Source: Octopus sinensis (lineage: Eukaryota). From it: a stretch of DNA of 64,000 nucleotides. Numbering within the stretch: position 1 is the first letter of the stretch; each line of letters starts with the position of its first letter. Made by a program: the position numbers and the translations under genes. Of the stretch, positions 1-11,989 are shown piece after piece. The notes below the pieces were generated by a model. The model was not told the DNA's origin. It did no database searches and saw nothing but the letters and a program-made list of their open reading frames with translations. The stretch spans positions 77,314,001 to 77,378,000 of the forward strand of contig NC_043008.1 of NCBI RefSeq assembly GCF_006345805.1, given 5' to 3'.

Positions 1-54
1 TTTAACACATGCAGCACTGCGTATTTTAAAGGCTTGACCACAAGTGGCAGAGCA
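1..54 (-). CDS. THSD4: THSD4/ADAMTSL6-like, exon 8 of 8 in window (partial, continues past window start); start of 5th TSP1 repeat
   Basis: Acceptor ttctgttgcag|TGC at 55-56; phase 0; reads CSATCGQAFKIRSAACVK, joining LWFTGPWSE of the previous exon to give a WxxWxxCSxTCG TSP1 motif. Confidence 0.88.
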
Positions 55-919
55 CTGCAACAGAACAATAAAATTCTTCAAAAAATGTAACATGAAGAAA
101 AATCACAAATAATTCTGGAAGTTTGTTTACTTTCTTAATTTTCAATAAACTTTTTACAATTTCTGTTTTTTCTTGCATGTTGGTTTGTTGAGATAGTTTT
201 ATATCTGTTTTATAACCAGAGTTTTTGCTACTTTCTTTTAACAGACAGCCAATTTTTTACTTAGTAAAGGATTAGTAGATAAACTAGTGACTTTTTATTC
301 AATTCTTCACCCTTTTCCTTCTTCACAGTGACAGTCCATTGATCAAATATTACACCCATCTCATGACTGGAATAGTTACTATCCTGATCTTTCAATGGAT
401 ACAAAAATAGTTGTTGATTATAAGAAAGTACTAATTTTTCTCTTTCTTCCTCTCCCTGAAATTGAAGCTGAAATTTTAAGCTTATATCTCATGTAGGTTA
501 GTTGAGATAGTTGTTATATCTGCTTTATATCAATTTTTCTGTCCGTCTGTATGCCTGTTTTCCCCACCCCATCTCTCTCTCTTTTCTACTCATCATGTTT
601 GAAGCTGAAATTTTATAACTGTTTTATGTGTTCTTTTTTTATTTTTTCCATGTTGGTTAGTTCAGATAGCTTTATGGTGGAGTCATTATATCTATAGTTT
701 AATGTTAATGTGTATTTTTTGGTTATTGTAATATAAAGCTAGAAACTGTTATGTCTGAAAGAAAAACTGGGAAAAACAGGGATGTAAAATTTATGGTATA
801 TTAGAGTCCATAGTACAAACTGAACTCAAGACCAAGTTACTTACACCACAACCCTTAACTATCAGTTACACTGCCACCCCAACCACATAACTATCACCAT
901 TACTATATTTTATAGAAGC

Positions 920-2389
920 TCCATGGAGGATTTGAGCAACAATTACCTGAGAGGGATTCTGGGCATCAGACAAGGATATTCTAAACAGTCCTTCCTTATG
1001 ACTTTCAAGTTGCTTATTATGGAGCTGTTCAAAAGTGCATCAAGGTGTGAAGTATTCGTCTGTTTGGAAAAAACTTTACAGGCATGCTATACTGGAGCTC
1101 CCAGGAACCAGAGCTGTCCATCAAACCTGTGTGTGATTACACTGTTCAGCAAGCATTCATTCAGTGTCCATACATTGGTGCTCTATGTGTTTATGTTGGC
1201 AAGCCATGCTGTTTTAAAGATTAAGCCACTGTTTTCCTTTAGTATGGAAGAACAGGTGGCATTTTTCTATCTGCTTGGTGGCTGTACTGAAGGATGCTGC
1301 TGGGTGTACTCTGTGTAAGTATCTAGTAGCATTACCTCATGGATATACACTTGATGGTGAGCAAGTGGGATCACCATTTCTAAAACTAAATCCTTTGCAG
1401 CTTGTCTCATTGACAGAGCTGTAGTCTTGAATCAAGTGTAGATTGTGACAGGGCACTTGGAACCTGAAGTGTTGCCAAGTGCCCAAATTCCTCTGCAGTT
1501 AGACAATGCAGTTGGTGGAAGTTCCAACTTGGAATTCTGTAGAGGTTTAGTAATGAGCAAGAGTAACAACAGTCTTGAGGGGTGAGGAGACTCTAGGTAT
1601 CGATAGAAATCAAGTAGCTGGAGGATAATTTCCAGAAATCTCTGGCCTGGCAATCTAACTGGGAAGCATTTCTGTTTCAAGTAAACCTTTACAGGCATGG
1701 AAGTGACATCAGTCAGGCCTACCCTAGATGCACACAGAGCAACAAAACTGTTCTGCAAGCACTTGTCCAATGTCTGAAAATTACTGACTTGTGAGTTTAG
1801 TTGAACATCTGCTGTTGCATATAGGATAGCTACAGCTATCAGATAAGTTCATTGTGAAGATTGCCACACTGCCTTCCTTTGGATGGGAAGGACAAACAGT
1901 ACTTATCTGTCTGGTGGCCTTAGTGAAAGAGGTTGTTTAGTGGACCAGTTTGAAAGACTTGAAGACAGATACCTTCCTCTTTGGTCAAGGCTTCATCAAC
2001 TTTTCCAAATTCCATTTGAAAAAGAAAGAGACTGCAGAGGAAAATGCTGCTCTCTAGCATATTTGTTGAAAAGTAGGTGAATGTGGCAAGAATGATCTGG
2101 GTGAACAGGCCTGCTCTAAGCATGTTCCTCTGTATTGAGGGAGAAAGAAGAGAGAGCACTTGCCTTGGTTAGAGTTTTGTGGGATTTCAATGAGCAGCCC
2201 TTGGAAGTCTCTCACACTTTTGGGGAATTTGCTTGTTTGAATTTTTGTTTCTTTTTATGTTTTGCCTTTTGTTATTTTACTGTTTACACTCTTTCATATA
2301 ACTCCACATCATATCACATTATATTGTTCATCCTGTACCACCCTTGATCTCTTTGTAAACTCTTAATGGTTAATAAAGAAATCATACTT

Positions 2390-2433
<44 letters not shown>
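920..2433 (+). mobile_element. Degenerate L1/Tx1-like LINE 3' portion
   Basis: Broken frames include LAWQSNWEAFLFQVNLYRHGSDISQAYPRCTQSNKTVLQALVQC (zf-RVT-like) near 1640-1775; ends with AATAAA and a (CTA)n tail at ~2390-2433. Confidence 0.6.
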
Positions 2434-2434
<1 letters not shown>

Positions 2435-2499
2435 TCATACTTTCGGGGTCAATAAATTAAGTACCAGTTGAGGCCTTGTGCCTTTAGTAGAAAGGATTA

Positions 2500-3013
2500 T
2501 TATTGATTGCCCCACCCACTTCCTTTGGTTGGGAAGGGAGGGCAATTTTTCTGTCTGGCGGCTATGGCAAAATCCACTGTGTGGTGGACGCGATTGAAAG
2601 GGTTGAAGAAGGGTACCTTTCTCTTTGGCCAAGGCCTCATTGACTTTTTCAGGTTCCACCTGAAAAGGAAAGTGAGGCTGGAGAGGGAGGTACTGTCACT
2701 CAGTAAGTTTGTTGAAAGGTGGGTGAATATGGCAAGAAAGGCCCACGTGAATAGGCCTACTCTAAGTATGCACTTGTAGGCCAGAAGGAAAGGAGAAGAA
2801 AGGGTGCTTTCCTCAGGAGCCATTGGTATTAAGTGCATGAGGTCTTTTTGGTCACCTAACGGTAGGACTCACTATCGGGGAAGCATATTGTTGTTTTAAT
2901 CTCTTTGTTAATCGTTGAGTTTGTTGGCTGCTTATACATTTTACCTTACTGTCCCTCATCTGTGTATCGTTCTCTATGTTTTGTGTTCAGCCCTGGTGGC
3001 CAATAAAGAAGGA

Positions 3014-3080
<67 letters not shown>
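2500..3080 (+). mobile_element. Second Tx1-like LINE 3' end
   Basis: ORF 2507-2779 (WWTRLKGLKKGTFLFGQGLIDFFRFHLKRK) resembles 1880-2130; ends with AATAAA and a (TTA)n tail. Confidence 0.6.
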
Positions 3081-3082
<2 letters not shown>

Positions 3083-3084
3083 TT

Positions 3085-3640
3085 TATTATTGAGTGAGAG
3101 GGAAGTGCATGCCATCAAAGTAACATTGGGGTAAAATATACGAAGCCCAGTATACCCATCATGACTACCCATCTGATAAGGGTACACTAGGCACATGCAT
3201 CACAACCATATGTGTGCGACATGGTGATCTCATATCAAGATAAACAGTACATGATCTTGCAGGTGAGGCCCAGTTTGAATTTTCTTCTGGTTGAGTAGCC
3301 TATCCTGCTCAAAAAGTCCCTGAATAAGGGTTGTTTAAGGATGTTGAATGAAACACCCATGTTTCCAGAGCTGAATTATTCAAACCTCAAAGAATCCTTC
3401 TCAACACATGGCTATGATGCTCCCCCACTACTTCTGCTTGTGCTCAGAGATGCACATATCGTCAGCCACTAAGGGCTCAACTGGTTAAGGTCAAACAACT
3501 GAGAAGCAAATCTGTGGTATTGAGCAGAACATTTGCTGTAGCCCATCTTTTATACCAAGACAAAACAATGTACATGATGACACTTCCAATCAGTCAAGAT
3601 CAGAAGCTACAAGAGCCACTGCCTGTTACTGCATCAGGGC

Positions 3641-3645
<5 letters not shown>
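3085..3645. mobile_element. Unclassified ~560-bp interspersed repeat embedded in (TTA)n
   Basis: Near-identical sequence at 61355-61740 (opposite strand, internally shortened) and 35607-35760 (one end); no ORF; (TTA)n on both sides. Confidence 0.8.
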
Positions 3646-3679
<34 letters not shown>

Positions 3680-3694
3680 ATTTTGAATACTGAC

Positions 3695-3868
3695 TTCAGA
3701 CCATGGCCCTGTGAACCATAAACCACCACAAGGCTGGTCATTCTTACAAGACTTCTCTGACTTTGGTTTCTCATTTAATTTACACTTGATGTCTTCCAAG
3801 CTGCTACCATCATCAGCTGAACAGTGAACTTTGCGTCGAAGGACTCCATGACCACAGGAAGAGGAACA
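3695..3868 (-). CDS. THSD4: THSD4-like exon 7; TSP1 repeat 4
   Basis: tattatttag|TGT acceptor, GAA|gtcagt donor; 174 nt, phase 0-0; CSSSCGHGVLRRKVHCSADDGSSLEDIKCKLNEKPKSEKSCKNDQPCGGLWFTGPWSE. Not in ORF track. Confidence 0.93.
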
Positions 3869-4074
3869 CTAAATAATACAGAAATTAAAGACATTTAAGT
3901 AATAATGCTTCAATAGCACAGAACATAGAGTGCTGCAATTAAAAGACTTCAATTTAGTAAATTGATCACTGAAAAGTGAAGAAATAGCATCCATGAGCTT
4001 TGTAAGACCCTTCTCCCATAAAGGAGAGAATTATGTGAGATTAATGGGGTTGACTGAACTCTTGAAAATGATGC

Positions 4075-4081
4075 ACGCACG

Positions 4082-4144
<63 letters not shown>

Positions 4145-4600
4145 ACGCGCACACACACATTCCTGTTATCCTAAATCACATAAAAATCTCAAATTAAAGT
4201 TATCTCCCTTGGTCTAATCATAGAAACTGTTGTATAACTGTCACAGATACAACCAGATAGACACGGGGACAGAAGTTTAGACAACCACACACACACCCGC
4301 ACGTACACATACACAATCACACGTACACACACACACACGCACGCACACACACATTCCTGTTAATCCTAGAACACATAAAACTCTCAAATTTAAGTTACCT
4401 CCCTTGGTCCAATCATAGAAACTATTCTGTAACTGCCATTGGTACAACCAGATAGACACGGAGACAGAAGTTTACCCCCCCCCCCACACACACACACTCT
4501 TAAACGCACACTCACGCACACGCGCAACAGCTTAAATACAAATCTATTCTTTATGCACACAATCATACATACGGAAGTATATATGTACACACACACCAAC
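4075..4600. repeat. (CA)n microsatellites enclosing a ~130-bp diverged tandem duplication
   Basis: cattcctgtta...cagaagttta occurs at ~4158-4280 and ~4352-4473. Confidence 0.85.
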
Positions 4601-4749
4601 ATGCATTAAGTTTATCATTTCTGTTACAAAAATCCAATGGCTACATACTAGTGTTTATAACTGCTAGAAATTCAATGCAATCAATAATTTCTTTGAGGAT
4701 GCTAAAATATTTACAATGTCAAAAAACAGCTAGAATTAATTATATTTTT

Positions 4750-5480
4750 GGTTGAAATAGATATGAAATTTGGTCAAAAGAAGTGTTCATATATAATTGT
4801 TGAATATGGAAAATTAGTCTCCCAACCCTTTGCATCATCAGTATCTCTACTTCTCTTATGCTACAAACATCTAAGCATTGATGAAAATATATCATACAAA
4901 GGTGCGGTGAATAGTGTGACCCAAGAATATTACACCAGAATTAGAAAAACAGGACAATTGGAGCTCTTCTGTTACAACATGACAATATCCATCAGTGCTT
5001 TTGCAGCATATCCCACAATGCTTTTGCAGTACCGGTTCTAATACCAATATTTGCAATATTTGACTAATCTGTAGAAGAAATCTACTCTGTGGATATTAAA
5101 ACCCACAAGATCTTAAGATCAACAAGAAATTTCCATAGAAACAGTAATACTAGCAGATTTGAAGAAGCGATAAAGAAGGTAGAGGTCTGAGATCAATCAG
5201 GCAGCTTTTGAATGTCATGTATCTCTCAGTCAGTACCTAAACAACAACAGCAGAAATAAATATAATAATCTAGAGTTGAAAAGCAAAGAAGTACTCTCTT
5301 TCTGATGACTTCACATACAACCTCAAAACAGCTGGACCAAACACACCTTATAGAAAACTTGAATTTGAAATGATCAACATAAAAAAGAAAATTATTCATA
5401 CGTATGTTTCCCAAAGACTTGAAGACACTAATATTGGCATGAAGTGCAGCCATTCTTGGACTCATGTTTGCAATCCAAGA
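4750..5480 (+). mobile_element. Degenerate R4/Dong-like (RLE-type) LINE fragment
   Basis: EYYTRIRK...ISAFA motif matches the post-RT region of the copies at 7000-8990 and 35765-37225. Confidence 0.5.
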
Positions 5481-5713
5481 GTAGGGGTTGCTACAAAATG
5501 CTTAATAAACAAAAAAGAGAGTGAAGCCCTTGGAACCCCAGCATGCAATTAAAAATGTTGATTATGTCATATTTCTGTGGATGATATCGCATAGCTGACC
5601 AGCAGCTTCCCAATACCTCCCAATGTGACACAACATTGTCACTAAAACAATATACAATGTCTTCCAAAATTAAAAGACCGTCATGGGATAAATATAGAGA
5701 ATCCAGATCTTTT

Positions 5714-6485
5714 CGGTTTGAACGACAGTTTTTAATATGACTTTTAGGTAACTAAAAAATTTTTAACTTCGTATACTGGTAGAATGTGTTTATAAAATAT
5801 CATTTTCTCTTGGCTTTCTTGAGAAAATTCTGTAGTTTGTAACATATTTCGTCTTTAATTTCTTGCATTTCAGCAATTTTAACCAATCACTGGCATCTAT
5901 TGAGTTAAAAAGTATTCTGTGCCATATGAATATGTCCCTCGTTTAAGAAACACATTGGGTTTATTTTACATTTGTGAAGAAAAAAAAATACACTTCCCCC
6001 ACCCCTAACCCTAACCCTAAATCTGAAACAGATTGAAATGCAATAGATCGATTCTTGGGTCATAATTATGGGTGACAATTTCGTATGACACTGCTAGAAA
6101 AAATGGCAGTTTTTTCTAGCGGTGTCATATGAAATTGTTACCCATTTCAATCTGTTTTAGATTTAGGGTTAGTTAGGATTAGGTTTAGGGTTAGGATTAG
6201 GGGTGGGGGAAGGGGATCTTTTTTCTTCATAAATGTGAATAAACCCAATGTGTTTCTTAAATGAGGGAAATATTCATACGACACAGAATAATTTTACCTC
6301 AATAGACGCTAGTGATTGGTTAAAATTGCTGAAATGCAAGAAATTAAAGACGAAATATGTTACAAACTACAGAATTTTCTCAAGAAAGCCAAGAGAAAAT
6401 GATGTTTTATAAACACATTCTACCAGTATACGAAGTTTAAAATTTTTTAGTTACCTAAAAATTATGTTGAAAACTGCCATTCAAA
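5714..6485. mobile_element. Head-to-head pair of ~390-bp MITE-like units forming a ~770-bp palindrome
   Basis: 5714-6103 is the reverse complement of ~6110-6485; centre gctagaaaaaa-tggcag-ttttttctagc; unit ends tggcagtttt / aaaactgcca; short (TAACCC)n in each arm. Confidence 0.85.
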
Positions 6486-6999
6486 TACCTAAATATCAAC
6501 ACAAGGAACATTGCCATCAAAACATAAGTGCAAACATAATATATCAGATATCACTGTTTGAGACTGACAGTGATAGAGATAAACTACTCTACTGATGTGA
6601 ACATCTCTTCAAAAATCAAATATAAAGGGAATAACTAGAAAAAATTACTTGTAAATCTTTAGCTTCTATATCCAGATTATAAATTCACATTTAAACTAAA
6701 AATTGGTTGACCTGATTTTGTTAGTAAGTGCATAAGTGACAATTTGTAAAAGTTACGGTTTTCAGAAAAGAAAAAAAAATCAATTCACGAGCATTCACAT
6801 TACAAGTACATATTCTAAGTGGAACATATGCAAGATTTTTCTCAAGTTTAAAATATGAATTTGTTTTTGTTATCTACATTCAAATGACAGACTTTAGTAT
6901 CTTTGTTAGAAACCAGCTACTTACTTACAGGAAGACTTCAAATAATTAAAAATAAAAAAGAACATACTTACATGTGCACGAACAGATGGGAATAAAAGA

Positions 7000-8990
7000 G
7001 ACCAATCCAAAGGATAATACTGAGCCAAAATAGATTACCTCCCCCCGCAATAACATTAATGGACTCAGGAAAAAGAGAGGACAATTGGACACTATCATCA
7101 AATGCAAAGGTAAAAATCAATTCATGAATCATCAGCTATAACTACATGATAAATTCTCCAAATTGTATGAGAACTGCCACTGAGAAACACTCACAAGCAA
7201 ACTGATTGTACTCAAACATGATCTACAAGCAGTAAGTGAAAAACTTTATTATAAAAAATTACATGAATGAAAAATGATAAAAACTTAAGTTTGCCTGATG
7301 TACAAGCTGTGTATTACAGTATGAAAGGTGAAACCCTCAAGATACTCCTCCCCAGGAACACCTAGGGTCATTCTGGTGGAGAACCTGGGATGTAAACAAA
7401 GAATACATCTGCGATGCAACATTGTTAAGCAAACTACGAAGTGGGTATCATGTAAATGTCTCTCCCAAAATATACATCACCATATAACTGACAGTTATTA
7501 TGAAACTGCTGAATGGAAAATTACTTGGGAATGACCTGATAGTAGGATACTGGCACAAAAAGTTCACATGCTACAAGGAAATTCTCATGATCCTGTTTAA
7601 AAAAACAATGGGCACTGAGTTAGATATACCATATTGGCTGATGGTTGCACAAACTACTCTTATCCCCAAGAATGAAGAGATGCATGTGGTCAAAAACTAT
7701 AGATTCATAACAAGCTTGAATGTTATGTACAAACTATACACAGGCTGTCTTATATTTCTCCGAGATCACTGCCAAACAAATGGTGTGAAAACTAATGAAT
7801 ACGCTGGAGAAAAGAAAGATGTTGGGAGCTGTGCTGAACAGCCCTCTTCAACAAAGCTGTTCTTAAGAAAGCCAACCAACTTCAACAAAATCTCTCAACA
7901 ACATGGCCAGACTACAAGAAGGCATTCAACTCCGTCTTTCATTAATGGGTGATAGAATCACTACATGTTGCCAAAGTACCACCTATTGTTAAAAACAGAA
8001 TTAAGCCATCAAGACATATTCCAGGCTGATAGTTTATCTGCAATGTTATTTATACTGGTGGTGAACCCCTTGTCAGCCCTGTCAACAAAAGTTAAGGCCA
8101 CATGCTGGAGTATACAGAAAAGAACAAAATTAATGTCACTCATACATTTTCTATTGATGACCTAAAGTTATATTTTGGTAATATGAACAACATCAAGAGA
8201 CAATTAGAACTCGTCACAACATTCTCATGAGACAGGAATTGAGTTTGGGCAAGGTAAATCCTCAAACATGATAATCAACCAAGGAAAGATTGTCGACCAG
8301 ACAGAGAACATGTACATCAATAGCTTGTTTATCCCCACTATCTCCAATGATGGAAACTATAAGTAACTCAGAACTGATGAGAATGTTGCATATGTTGGTA
8401 CTGTAACTAAAGCCAGAATAGTGAAAGAGTCCTTCTATAGATTCCAGAAAATGTGGAACTCTGCATTTAATAAGACCATATCTCACAATGCTTTTGCAGT
8501 AATAGTGCTAGTACCAACATTTGGGATATTGGACTGGACACTTGATGAGATATGCAGCCTAGACATCAAAACCAGAAAGGTACTGATAACCATTGACAAT
8601 TTCTACATCAATAGTGACACCAATAGGATCTATGTGAGAAGAAGGGATGGTGCTAGAGGCATAAAGTCAGTCCAAACATCCTTTGAATGTCACATTTAGA
8701 CAGCATGAACTGAACAGTAAAGAAAGGAATATATGCTCAAATGTGAGAGCAAAAGCATCTTTAGAGTTGGAGAAGAACTATTGAGCAGGCACTCTTAGAA
8801 TACAACTGTCTCATACGACTCAAAGGAGGCTTGACTAGATTACCTAAACAGAAGCTTGGAGGAAAATCTGGCAGCATATCAGCAAAAAGCAAGGCATGAG
8901 TGCATATTCCATAAGCTAGAGGATAACAACAGCTTTGACAGAAGGAGTGGCTTTTCCTGGATCTCTGATAGATACATTACATCCCATCTC
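7000..8990 (+). mobile_element. Degenerate R4/Dong-like non-LTR retrotransposon (RT region)
   Basis: Fragments TTLIPKNEE..KNYRFITSLNVMYKL, IFQADSLSAMLFILVVNPLS, DDLKLY and RIYVRRRDGARGIKS; many stops and frameshifts. Confidence 0.75.
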
Positions 8991-9388
8991 CATTCATTAC
9001 CCTTGAAGTGATCAACCTCTCAAGGCCCTATACTAACCCCTATGCCTAGTTCTTCTTTCTCTAAGAGTTGACCATTTGGAATTCCATTGCTGTTCATATC
9101 TTTCCCACAGAGATTGTCTTAAAAATGTCTGAGGACATTTAGGACATCAATTTTACCAGTCTATGAGAACTTGTAAAGGAGATTGTGAACATTATGCCTT
9201 CATCTAAACATAGCAATTAAAAAAAAGGCATTTATACATATATACGGCATGAGTGGTGAGGGAGTAGAGTGTATGTTGAGTGAGTGAAGAATGTGTGGGT
9301 GAGTACTGTGTGTGAGTGAATGGCATGTGTACTGGGTGAGTGGAGTACAAAATGAGTACGTGAAGTGTGGTGAGCGGAGTGTGTTGAG

Positions 9389-9541
9389 CAGGGCTGGCCC
9401 TAGGGTTGCTGGCTGAACATCGGTGTGTACAAGCTGACAGTCATGGAAATTTCCTTGTCTTTGTCATGCTTTCCTTGGCACTCCCTAGCACATGGCACTT
9501 CAGGTGACTACCCGAGTTGCAGGTGCCTTGAGCCAGCCCTG
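9389..9541. mobile_element. 153-bp hAT-type MITE
   Basis: 10-bp TIRs cagggctggc / gccagccctg; perfect 8-bp TSD gtgttgag at 9381-9388 and 9542-9549. Confidence 0.85.
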
Positions 9542-9616
9542 GTGTTGAGTAACTGGGGATGAGAGTGTGATATATGCAAAATATCTTTGTCAGAGAGAAA
9601 AGTGGAAAATTCTTAC

Positions 9617-9787
9617 CTCTTTTGACCATTCTGTGAAAAACCAAGTTTTGGCACAGGAGCCCATATTGCAAACTTCTGAAGTTGAAGGTTTGGTTTTACG
9701 ACATTCATAGTCAGGAATTACTCTACCATCAGCTGACATACATGTCACTTTTCGACTACGTTGTCCAAGACCACACTCAACTGAACA
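9617..9787 (-). CDS. THSD4: THSD4-like exon 6; TSP1 repeat 3
   Basis: tataattccag|TGT acceptor, GAG|gtaag donor; 171 nt, phase 0-0; CSVECGLGQRSRKVTCMSADGRVIPDYECRKTKPSTSEVCNMGSCAKTWFFTEWSKE. CAKTWFFTEWS matches my recollection of vertebrate THSD4 CAKSWFLTEWS. Not in ORF track. Confidence 0.93.
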
Positions 9788-10091
9788 CTGGAATTATAGA
9801 AAATGTCGGATCAAAACAATAAAATAGGATTTCAGAACAAGCAACATGTTTTGTTGCACATATAAACACAACTGCGCAAAATAAGGTACAACATAAAATT
9901 GTCTGGCTGGTTCATATGACAAAAAAATCTACATGCAGAATATGTTTTTGAAGAATGTGTGGCCTGGCGAGATTTTAGTTGATCGACCTTCTCAAACTTT
10001 TGTCTTGCTAATATGATTCAATACCATCGCATTACATTCATATTTTGGTGTTAGTCAACAAATAGCTCTTAAAAGTTTACTTATAAATTAC

Positions 10092-10296
10092 CTTTGACCA
10101 TTCTTTAATTTCCCATTGTGAACAGGGTTTATTCTGACATTTTTTCACAGTTATCAAACGAGTTTGGTTAAGGCATGCTGATGCAGACACTCTTTTGAAA
10201 AATGTTTTTGAATATTTCTGCTTGCATTCCACTTGCCGTGTCATTTGTCCTTCTCCACAGGTCAAACTGCATTTTGACCATTCTCCTGGTGTCCAC
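10092..10296 (-). CDS. THSD4: THSD4-like exon 5; TSP1 repeat 2
   Basis: tttattgtag|G acceptor, AAG|gtaatt donor; 205 nt, phase 2-0; (R)WTPGEWSKCSLTCGEGQMTRQVECKQKYSK...CQNKPCSQWEIKEWSK. Confidence 0.94.
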
Positions 10297-10654
10297 CTAC
10301 AATAAAGTCACAAAAAATACTCCTGTAATGCTTACAATACTCAGTCTTTTGGAAAGTTTTTCAACAATATGTAACAAGGAAATTTCAAAAGAATCTCCTT
10401 GCTCTAAACATTTACATGGTTGTATAAAGGAAATCAAATTACTTTCATCTCTTGGAGTGCCTTTTGGAGATGTAACAAAGATTTTAGAATAGAGAAGAGA
10501 TCTATGCATGACAAGGAGACATAAGATGGTGTGTCAGCATCAAACAGAAGTTCATCCATATTTTGATGAGGCCCAAAGTCAACTTTCCTAAAGTCAGCTC
10601 TAGCTGGATTTGAACACAAAATTATGAATTACCAAATTTGTACCATTTAAAAAT

Positions 10655-10790
10655 CGCCTGTGCTGGTGCCAAGTAAAAAGCACTCAGTGCACACTATAAA
10701 GTGGTTGGTGTTACAAAGGGCATCCAGCCATAGGAACCATGCCAAAACAGATAACTGGAGCATAGTACAGCTCTCCAACTTGCCAGCTCC
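10655..10790 (+). mobile_element. RTE 3'UTR fragment
   Basis: gtaaaaagcac...aagggcatccagc matches the 3'UTR of the RTE at 42310-45087. Confidence 0.65.
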
Positions 10791-10906
10791 TGACACAAAG
10801 ACACTCATGCATGTGCACATACATACATACATACATACATACATACATACATGCATGCATGCATGCATACATACATACATACATATATATATATACATAT
10901 ATATAT

Positions 10907-11270
10907 CATCATTATCATCATTTAAAATCCATCTTCCATGCATGAGTAGGATGGTTGACAGGACCTGGTCATGTATAAAAACTACCCTAAGCTACTGTGT
11001 CTGTTTTGGCAGCAGTTTTACAGCAGAATGCCCTTCCTAACACCAACAACTCTGCAGAGTGGACTCAGTGTTTTTTATGTGGCACCAGCACAGGTGAGAT
11101 TAGTTTTGGCATGATTTTTGTAATTAGATACCCTTCCAAATGCCAACTGCTTTACAGTGTGGACTGGATACTTTTTACATGGCACCAGCACTGGCAGATT
11201 CACCAAGCAACTCACAAGATAAGGAATTGTGAGAGGGGCAGGAGCATTTTAGAAGGGTAACTTGTGTCAG
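10907..11270 (-). mobile_element. RTE 3'UTR fragment
   Basis: catcatttaa...ttccatgc...atgcccttcctaa, reverse complement of the RTE 3' end. Confidence 0.7.
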
Positions 11271-11479
11271 AAGATGAAAGGTTAGAATTTGACAAAGAGA
11301 CAGAGAGGTAGAAAGGTAGAAACAGTTGTCTTGCTATAATGAAGATTTAGTTAGCTGCACCCAATAAATTGTCCCACAGGAACTTCCGGTTGTCCTCTAA
11401 GCCATTTGCCCCTCCTCCTCCTCCACCACCACCACCTCCTCCTCCTCCACCTCTTCCTCTCTGTCATCATAGGCTTCCA

Positions 11480-11880
11480 GTGGAATGTTTCTCAATTTTT
11501 GTCAGCTTGCTGGATCTTTGAGCTTCCATTAATCTTCTTTTCAAGTGTGGGTTATCTCTCTGAGTCTCTCTAGCCCTAATTCTGAAGTCAAAAACTAGTA
11601 GCCTATGTTGGAGTGACATTAAAGTCACCAGCCACAATAACGAAGTCTCTGTCATTTGTCATTGAGATGGTCTGCAAAAGGACCTTGTAGAATTGGTCCT
11701 TCTGATCATCAGCCAGCCCAGCCTGTGAGCATAGGCAGAGATAAATGTAATTGTTAATCTATCTATGATAAGTCTCAACTTAATAACCCTATCACATAGT
11801 CTGTCTACCTCACTTATCTTATCTACCCACTTTTCTGCTAAGAGCATGCTCACACCACCCACTTCATCATGTATATACAT
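11480..11880 (-). mobile_element. RTE AP-endonuclease fragment
   Basis: GGVSMLLAEKWVDKISEV...ISAYA, typical of RTE APE domains; frameshifted. Confidence 0.65.
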
Positions 11881-11989
11881 ATATATGATGAGCTTTCAGT
11901 TTCTGTGTCTGGGCAGGCCTTTTATGAGTATTGCTGTCCACCTCAATTGAGGAAAGTCCAAGAAAAGGTGGACTGAATAGTAAAAGTCA

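Noticed and set aside
6000-6205. Interstitial telomeric repeat (TAACCC/TTAGGG)
   Set aside because: Only 2-5 imperfect units, internal to a MITE-like repeat; not evidence of a chromosome fusion.
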